NCBI GenBank assembly: GCA_963675515.1
Contig: OY776328.1
Span: forward strand, 1,470,001 to 1,502,000
Length of the DNA stretch: 32,000 nucleotides
DNA from: Coprobacillaceae bacterium
Lineage (GTDB): Bacteria > Bacillota_I > Bacilli_A > Erysipelotrichales > Coprobacillaceae
Reading direction: 5' to 3'
The notes under the pieces are model-generated. The model was not told where the DNA came from, made no database searches, and saw nothing but the letters and a program-made list of their open reading frames with translations. The translations under genes and the position numbers were made by a program. Shown here piece by piece: positions 26,361 through 32,000 of this stretch (its first letter is position 1; each line of letters starts with the position of its first letter).

Positions 26361-26915
26361 TTAGGCTATGTGGTTGAAGGTATATAGGATATTTGGGGTC
26401 ATTTTTACCTGCATGAACTGCACCAAATAATTTGAAAAACAGGAAATCACCAGGGTATTGAGATTACCCAAAGAGATGCGAAAAGTATTTAACCTCTCTT
26501 GCCAATGGTTTCGATATCTAAGTATGACATTATAAATCTCGCATTCACAAATCTCAGGATGACAATCAAGAATTAGTTTCAGACCGTTTTTACTACTTTG
26601 CTTTCTAATTATTTCAACCTGAACAGCCAATGGGATACTGGTATATGGAACGAGGTCGGAAAGTAAAATGGCATGGGTAACCCCACAATCCTTACATTTC
26701 AAGCGCATTATCCGCAACCTAAAAATTCCAAAAGGTAGCTTGACCTTTCGGAAGTAATAGCCATGAATGATGTGATTGCCGCCGCATGAGTTGACACAAC
26801 CGATGGAGTAACGGTTAATATCATTTACAGCTGCATCGTAAAAATCCTGTAGCTTTGATTCAGAATCGATTTCGAGTAATTTACTCTTGATTTTATCATT
26901 GTGATAAGTTATCAT
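26361..26915 (-). CDS. Cys-rich (putative zinc-binding) protein, first gene of the transposon operon
   Basis: 184 aa. GCVNSCGGNH ... KCKDCGVTH gives a CxxxC...CxxC arrangement. Family not recognised with certainty. Confidence 0.5.
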   Translation of the reverse strand: MITYHNDKIKSKLLEIDSESKLQDFYDAAVNDINRYSIGCVNSCGGNHIIHGYYFRKVKLPFGIFRLRIMRLKCKDCGVTHAILLSDLVPYTSIPLAVQVEIIRKQSSKNGLKLILDCHPEICECEIYNVILRYRNHWQERLNTFRISLGNLNTLVISCFSNYLVQFMQVKMTPNILYTFNHIA

Positions 26916-27008
26916 AATTTTGTTTTATGGGGAATGAGAGAAGCTACTTGGCGGTGGGGTCTCTCATTTTTCTTTCTATGGAATATTTATCAACAAGATA
27001 TCAAAAAA

Positions 27009-27067
27009 AGAGGTCGGGTTCAACTAATTTGAAGAAAAAACATTCAAATTAGTTGGCAACGGCCTCT
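27009..27067. repeat. Long imperfect inverted repeat at the transposon right end
   Basis: agaggtcgggttcaactaatttgaa (27009-27033), 9-nt spacer, ttcaaattagttggcaacggcctct (27043-27067). The arms contain the subterminal repeat motif in opposite orientations. An A7 run lies just upstream. Confidence 0.8.
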
Positions 27068-27128
27068 ATTTAATTTGCACAAAAACCTAGAAATATTTAC
27101 CATATAAATCGACTAGCTACACGATATT

Positions 27129-28799
27129 ATGTTTGTCAGAGCTGTTAAGAACAATAAAGGTAAAGATAATACCTATTTTTGTGCACTTGTTGAGTCTTAT
27201 CGTGAAAATGGTGTATCTAAACACCGCGTTCTTATTAATTTCGGTCTTGTAGACGGAGAAAGTGTTCCTTTCCTCAAAGCGGCTTTCGCTAAAAAGAAAC
27301 CAAGGTTGGTATACGATGATGAATAATGTAGTTAAGACTAATAAGATGACAGATTTCTTCAATTCTTTCGCGGATGTCTTGTCTTCTGACATCACTCGTA
27401 ATTTATCTAGGAACTTTAGTTCTAATTTTACTCGCAATCGGACTATGACTTTCAGGGATGTAATTCTCTACTTTGTTTTTAGAAATTCTAAGGACACTAA
27501 CACGGACTTGACCAAGTATTTCTGCTCCACTGACCGCTTGGAAAAAAGGATCACCAAGCAAGCTCTTAACGTCGATATCAAAAAACTCAATCCATCAGTA
27601 TTCAGATATTTATTCAAAGAGTTTGCCAAGGAGTTCTATCAAACAAGCTGCCTAAGACATATAAAGGGTATACGCTTTTAGCTGAAGATGGGACCTTTCT
27701 AGAAATTCCCTATAGCATCCACAATATTTATAACTTCGGCTTTTGGAAAAACCAGTACGTCAAAGATATTTTCGATGTTAAGAAAGTTCTGTCCAAATCA
27801 GCTGGACTATATGACGTCACCAACGGCATCTTTTTGGATTTCATGATGAGACCTGCCCCTTACTCAGAAATTCCACTTGCCTTCCAACACCTTTATAGTT
27901 GTGGGGATCTGTTGGCTGGCAAGAAAGTGATTTATCTTGCTGATCGCTACTATGGCTCAGTCGAGCTTATCAGTCATCTTGAGCACTTAGGATTTGATTA
28001 TTGCATCCGTGCCAAATCCAACTTCTTTAAAAAGCAAGTCAGTGAAATGACTTCAAATGATGAGTGGATCGAGGTAGATGTTGACAGGCTATGGCGGAAA
28101 AGATTCCGGTTCTCTGATGAAGCCCGTAAAATCAGAGAAGATAACCCCAAAGTGAAGATAAGAGTCGTAAAATTTACTTATGCATACAGTAATAAATTCG
28201 GGGAGTCCATTGAATCAGATATAACATACTTTACCAGTTTGTCAAAAGAAGAGTTCAGCCACGAGGATATCATCGAGCTCTATTCAAAGCGTTGGAATAT
28301 TGAGGTGGCATATAAAACGCTAAAAACCGATATGGAACTGGAACGACACGTTAGCGAATCCGACACCGTATCCCAATGCTGCATCTATGGCAAAATCGTG
28401 CTTTACAATATCTTGGGAGTGATCAGGAAAGAAATCGACAGGTATCTTAGCAGGCACCCGGGCAAGCACCGCCGCCGGCCTAATCGTGAAGAAACCTCCG
28501 ATAAAAATGATGAAGATAATATCCAGTACCAGGTCAACATCAAACAACTACATAATCTGCTGATGGAGAACAACCTGCTGTATCCGTTTTACAGTCATAA
28601 GAAAACACTGATGCGAAAAAGGATTAAGCAAATAGTTGCCGTAGCCCAAACAATAAAAGTGCCCGTCCGCAAGAACAGGCACAGTCAACGTTGGGGCAGA
28701 GTAGTTCCTAGTGGATTCTACTACCGATTCTCGCTTGATGGGCGAAACTATCCAAAAATTCAAACCATCAAAGGCGTCATGAGAACAGTTGCCCCGTAG
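27129..28799 (+). pseudogene. IS1634/IS4-family transposase, frameshifted
   Basis: N-terminus MFVRAVKNNKGKDNTYFCALVESYRENGVSKHRVLINFG is IS1634-like. The pieces lie in frames 3/1/3. The frame break at about 27655-27681 falls inside YKGYTLLAEDGTFLEIP (first catalytic D). Other motifs are YLADRYYGS (second D) and YSKRWNIEVAYKTLK (Y-2-R-3-E-6-K). Confidence 0.75.
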
Positions 28800-29075
28800 T
28801 CAAGAATACACTATCATTATAACATGAATATCGCAATTTTAAAAAAACGCTAAAATTCTATGGGGGATTATGCGCTTTTTTTCATGTGAAGATTTAAACT
28901 AAACTTGAATTAAGCGTCAGAGATTTATATTTAAGCTGCATATAGATATAAAAAGAGCCAACTAGGAAAAAGGTCCTAAAGTTGACTCCATTGGGGGAGT
29001 GGATAGGTTACAATAAATTAGACAAGATTATAAGGACATGATAAAATCTTGTTAAATTTGTGGAGGATATTCAAA

Positions 29076-29369
29076 ATGACAAAACGCAGACCTAAACGTA
29101 CTTACACCGATGAATTCAGAATCAAAATGGTTCAACTTTACAACAATGGGAAACCCAGAGCGGAAATAATCCGTGAATACGATTTGACAGCTTCAGCGTT
29201 CAATAAATGGGTTAAACGCTTCAATGACACGGGTTCGTTTACTGAAGCCGACAATCGATCAGATCATGACAAGGCGCTTATCAAGCTCCAAAAAGAAAAC
29301 GAACGACTGAAGATGGAAAATGATATTTTAAAGCAAGCGGCGCTGATAATGGGACGAAAAGACAAGTAA
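29076..29369 (+). CDS. IS3-family transposase OrfA (HTH)
   Basis: MTKRRPKRTYTDEFRIKMVQLYNNGKPRAEIIREYDL..., with a leucine-zipper-like C-terminus LQKENERLKMENDILKQA. GGAGG lies 9 nt upstream of the ATG at 29076. Confidence 0.85.
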   Translation: MTKRRPKRTYTDEFRIKMVQLYNNGKPRAEIIREYDLTASAFNKWVKRFNDTGSFTEADNRSDHDKALIKLQKENERLKMENDILKQAALIMGRKDK

Positions 29370-29404
29370 TCTTTGCAAATCAACACAAATACTCTATCAG
29401 CGCT

Positions 29405-30184
29405 ATGTGCAAAGTCTTGAAAATCTCTCGGGCAACTCTCTACTACAAACCCAAAGGGCGTAAAGTGGATTCGAAGCTTGAAGATGAAGTAATAAAATCA
29501 TTCAAAAACAGCAAGAAGAATTATGGAACACGCAAGATAAAAGATGACCTGGATGATTTGAACATGGTTGCCAGCAGAAGAAAAATTGCTCAAATCATGG
29601 ACAAATACGGCTTGATCAGTAAATACACCATCAAGCAAAGACCAAAGCATTATGGCAAAGTAAATAATGACGATATTGAAAATCTGATCAATAGAAAATT
29701 CCAAGCAGAGCGGCCAATGCAATATTTAACCAGCGACTTGACCTACATCAAGGTGGCTGGAAAATGGAACTATATTTGTCTGATAATAGATTTATACAAT
29801 CGTGAAATCGTTGGTAAATCTAGTGGTCAAAACAAAGACGCCAACTTGGTTATTAAGGCATTAAACGATATAAAAAGTGATTTAAGTGATGTCGAAGTAT
29901 TTCATTCAGACCGAGGCTCAGAGTTCAAAAACGAGATGATTGATAGGATATTGGCATTGAATGGAATCAAGAGATCGTTGAGTGCAAAAGGTAAACCGAT
30001 TGATAACGCAGTATCAGAATCAATGTACAAAATACTCAAAACAGAATTCGCATTCAATCGACAATTCCGCAGTATCGACGAATTGTCATTGGAACTGTAT
30101 GATTATGTCAACTGGTTCAACAACAAAAGGAAGCATGGGAGCCTTAATTACAAAACACCCGTACAATACAGGTTGTCCTTATAA
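29405..30184 (+). CDS. IS3-family transposase OrfB (rve DDE domain), expressed by -1 frameshift from OrfA
   Basis: OrfB lies in the -1 frame relative to OrfA and is open from 29324, giving a 46-nt overlap window. Motifs: YLTSDLTYI, FHSDRGSEF, DNAVSESMYKILKTE and NNKRKHGSLNYKTP. Confidence 0.85.
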   Translation: MCKVLKISRATLYYKPKGRKVDSKLEDEVIKSFKNSKKNYGTRKIKDDLDDLNMVASRRKIAQIMDKYGLISKYTIKQRPKHYGKVNNDDIENLINRKFQAERPMQYLTSDLTYIKVAGKWNYICLIIDLYNREIVGKSSGQNKDANLVIKALNDIKSDLSDVEVFHSDRGSEFKNEMIDRILALNGIKRSLSAKGKPIDNAVSESMYKILKTEFAFNRQFRSIDELSLELYDYVNWFNNKRKHGSLNYKTPVQYRLSL

Positions 30185-30213
30185 AAATTGTCTAAAAAAG
30201 TGTTGACTTTCCA

Positions 30214-30774
30214 ATGTTTGTATCTGCATTTCGAGATCTACATGCACTGGAAAGGATCTCAAAGAAATCGGACTTACAAAGTGCTATTAGAGGTTGTGGT
30301 AGTATAACAAATATTGAAACATTTTGGGAAACGAACCTTAATAAATTTATCGCCGAATACACTGATTGTATTAAATACGTTCTTGATGCTAACACGGATG
30401 AAGAACATGGGGGTACTCTCGGTGAAATCTCTTTAACCTATTATAAGTATAATCTTAGCAAAGATAATCCTGCCGAAATCATTTGCATAGATCAACCAGA
30501 AGACAATATATCAAACAATCGAATAAATAATAAGTTAATGAAATATTTCAATATGTTAAGAAAAGATAAACAAATATTTATTGTTACTCATAATCCGTTG
30601 TTAATTGTAAATTTGGATGTTGATAATGTTATTAGGGTCGATTTGAAAAATTCCAAATTATCATGTGTTTATGGTTGCCTAGAGGATGAGGTAAGTAAAA
30701 CACTTGAATACGTTGCTGAAAAAATGGATGGTGGAAGAGAGTCAGTTGAAAGGAGATATAAACTATATGGATAA
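30214..30774 (+). pseudogene. C-terminal fragment of an ABC/SMC-like (AAA_15/21-type) ATPase, truncated by the IS3 element
   Basis: Walker B/D-loop IICIDQPEDNIS and QIFIVTHNPLLI (His switch). No Walker A is present, and the ORF starts exactly at the IS3 right end. Confidence 0.6.
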
Positions 30775-31078
30775 AGAGATAATAATGCAATTGGATGAGA
30801 CTGAGAAAATCCATATTCATTGCGAGGGGAGAAAAATAGATATCAATGATAATACTATTTCTGCACAGGAGATTTATGAGTTGTTAGATTATCAAAGTGG
30901 TAATTCATATTCCATTACTACTGAAGTAATTGGGAAACGAGTTGATGTTTTCAACCCCATTAAGGTAATGTTCGATCAAATTGTTAGTGACATCAACAAG
31001 TTAAAAAATGTTTCTGATCAAGTTCAAGCCGACCTTGAAGAATTGGGTGAAGTTGATATTGAAATGCTCCAAGGGTAA
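30767..31078 (+). CDS. Hypothetical small acidic protein, translationally coupled to the ATPase remnant
   Basis: The ATG at 30767 lies 11 nt after AAAGGAG and overlaps the ATPase stop by 8 nt. About 103 aa with no recognised motif. Confidence 0.45.
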   Translation: MDKEIIMQLDETEKIHIHCEGRKIDINDNTISAQEIYELLDYQSGNSYSITTEVIGKRVDVFNPIKVMFDQIVSDINKLKNVSDQVQADLEELGEVDIEMLQG

Positions 31079-31272
31079 ATCGATAGTTAAGTCGCATGCT
31101 CAAGAACAAATATGCAACAAGGAAGTATATGATTTTATGACAGTTTTCTTCAAGTGATCTCAAGTTATTGATATGATATATTTTGAACCGTATTAGTTTA
31201 CATCAAACAATCATTTTCACTATCTGAGGCATCCTGTTACTAAATCTCCAGTAAAGGCTATGGTTAAAGAAA

Positions 31273-31989
31273 CTATCTCTTCTTGATGAAGTGCGCCTGG
31301 TAGCTGTTGGAGTCAAACATGACGATGGTCTTTTCCAGAGGAATCCCATCGGTTGAATAGGTGATGTGGGTCACTTCAACGATTGGGGTGTTGGCATCGA
31401 TATTGAGGTTTGCTTGGACTTTCTTGTCAGGCATAATGGCGTGGACTATCTGACGGCTATAGTCGATAACATATCCTTTTTTCTCTTCGATGTATTTGAT
31501 CTTTGAGTCCATCAGATCGACGATGGTGAAGTCAGGGAAGTATGCTATGGGCATATAGCCTTTTTCAAGGCAGTATGGGAAGTCATCACCATAAAGAACT
31601 CTTTCGTAATATAATACCATAGCATTGTCTTCAAGGGCTAATTCATCGATTAACGGTGGTTTAGCCTCTATTAGTTTGAACTCGATTATTTTGTTGCTGC
31701 TCTTCTTGTTCAACAGGCGCATTTCCTCGGAAAAGGAGATGATCTTCGATGACCGGTCGAGGATGGCATCCTTATGCGAATAGATTACGTGGGTACCACT
31801 ACCACGTATTTTTTTTACGTAATTTTTGGCAACCAGGATATCAATGGCCTGGCGGACAGTCACCCGGGATACATTGAAATATGATCCCAGTTTCGCTTCA
31901 GTTGGCAAAATGTCGCCTTTTTGATACTTTCCATTTTCGATGTCATTCATCAGTTTCTGGGCAATCGTTTTATACAAGGCTTCTTCCAT
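31273..31989 (-). CDS. GntR-family transcriptional regulator, HutC subfamily (winged HTH + UTRA effector domain)
   Basis: LPTEAKLGSYFNVSRVTVRQAIDILVAKNYVKKIRGSGTHV is the GntR wHTH. The size (238 aa) and C-terminal layout fit UTRA. GGAG lies 6 nt upstream of the ATG on the minus strand. Confidence 0.9.
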   Translation of the reverse strand: MEEALYKTIAQKLMNDIENGKYQKGDILPTEAKLGSYFNVSRVTVRQAIDILVAKNYVKKIRGSGTHVIYSHKDAILDRSSKIISFSEEMRLLNKKSSNKIIEFKLIEAKPPLIDELALEDNAMVLYYERVLYGDDFPYCLEKGYMPIAYFPDFTIVDLMDSKIKYIEEKKGYVIDYSRQIVHAIMPDKKVQANLNIDANTPIVEVTHITYSTDGIPLEKTIVMFDSNSYQAHFIKKR

Positions 31990-32000
31990 TGTTGTTCTCC

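Larger units (their letters stand above)
23816..27121 (-). mobile_element. Compact Tn552/Tn7/Mu-type transposon (3306 bp): Zn-ribbon ORF, DDE transposase, AAA+ ATPase, small ORF
   Basis: Termini TGTAGCTAGTC... (23816-) and ...GACTAGCTACA (-27121). A perfect 6-bp direct repeat CGATAT flanks them at 23810-23815 and 27122-27127. Several subterminal AATTATTTG(G/A)-like repeats occur at both ends. Confidence 0.75.
23755..28845 (+). mobile_element. IS1634/IS4-family element (degraded) carrying a nested transposon; boundaries approximate
   Basis: Candidate imperfect IRs: TTGCTGATATTTAGCCATTATAGTGATA (23761-) versus the reverse complement of 28812-28836, TTGCGATATTCATGTTATAATGATAGTG. The SD of its transposase lies at 23804-23809 and the ATG at 27129. 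No flanking duplication could be established. Confidence 0.4.
29000..30213 (+). mobile_element. IS3-family insertion sequence (about 1.2 kb); left boundary may lie up to about 17 nt further left
   Basis: TGGATAGGTTACAATAAATTAGACAA (29000-29025) versus the reverse complement of 30188-30213, TGGAAAGTCAACACTTTTTTAGACAA (18/26, TG...CA ends). The flanking triplets GAG and ATG differ, so there is no target duplication. Confidence 0.65.

Noticed and set aside
27002-27067. The long hairpin with an adjacent A7/T7 run, read as a minus-strand rho-independent terminator
   Set aside because: No minus-strand gene lies upstream of it. The arms contain the subterminal repeat motif of the transposon end, so paired transposase-binding sites are the simpler explanation. 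An insulating-terminator role cannot be excluded.
27117-27437. 106-aa minus-strand ORF across the start of the IS1634-like transposase
   Set aside because: It is antisense to recognisable transposase N-terminal sequence and spans the transposon/IS junction. It is an artefact.
1-32000. Search for CRISPR arrays, tRNA/rRNA genes and riboswitch-sized conserved leaders
   Set aside because: No regularly spaced direct repeats were seen, no cloverleaf-like GC-rich 70-90-nt islands in the spacers, and no rRNA-like segments. The only tandem or direct repeats are those listed (27 bp x2 in hxsA, 38 bp x2 in the IS1595 relic, and the IS/Tn ends). The scan was by eye, so small RNAs could have been missed.

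Overview
AT-rich, Firmicutes-like accessory region in three parts. All homology calls are by-eye motif recognition, not database searches. (1) nt 1-16250: a Wzx/Wzy-type surface-polysaccharide locus with GT1, GT2, a Wzy-like polymerase, a Wzx-like flippase and a degraded hexapeptide acetyltransferase. It carries two pyruvyl-transferase plus ferredoxin/FrhB-like modules, one as two genes and one as a single 831-aa fusion, and an IS1595 remnant. Downstream lie a GC-richer sugar nucleotidyltransferase, an intact IS4/IS1634-superfamily IS (26/30 inverted repeats, ATTAA duplication), ugd and a 5'-truncated glmM. (2) nt 16271-23273, the most interesting part: a promoter-led, translationally coupled operon for a His-Xaa-Ser (Hxs) radical-SAM maturation system (HxsD, HxsC, HxsB, HxsA). 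As far as I recall this family is defined only computationally and its chemistry is unknown. Here it is expanded by a second HxsD-like gene, an A24 prepilin-peptidase-like membrane protein and a signal-peptide MORN-repeat protein. Its first gene is cleanly split by an IS256-family element (8-bp duplication, in-frame reconstruction). (3) nt 23274-32000: a mobile-element graveyard. A compact 3.3-kb Tn552/Tn7/Mu-type transposon (TGT...ACA ends, 6-bp CGATAT duplication, DDE transposase plus AAA+ ATPase plus two small ORFs) sits exactly between the Shine-Dalgarno and the ATG of a frameshifted IS1634-family transposase. An IS3-family element then abuts a 5'-truncated ABC/SMC-like ATPase with a coupled small ORF, and a GntR/HutC regulator closes the window. 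No rRNA, tRNA or CRISPR array was recognised.
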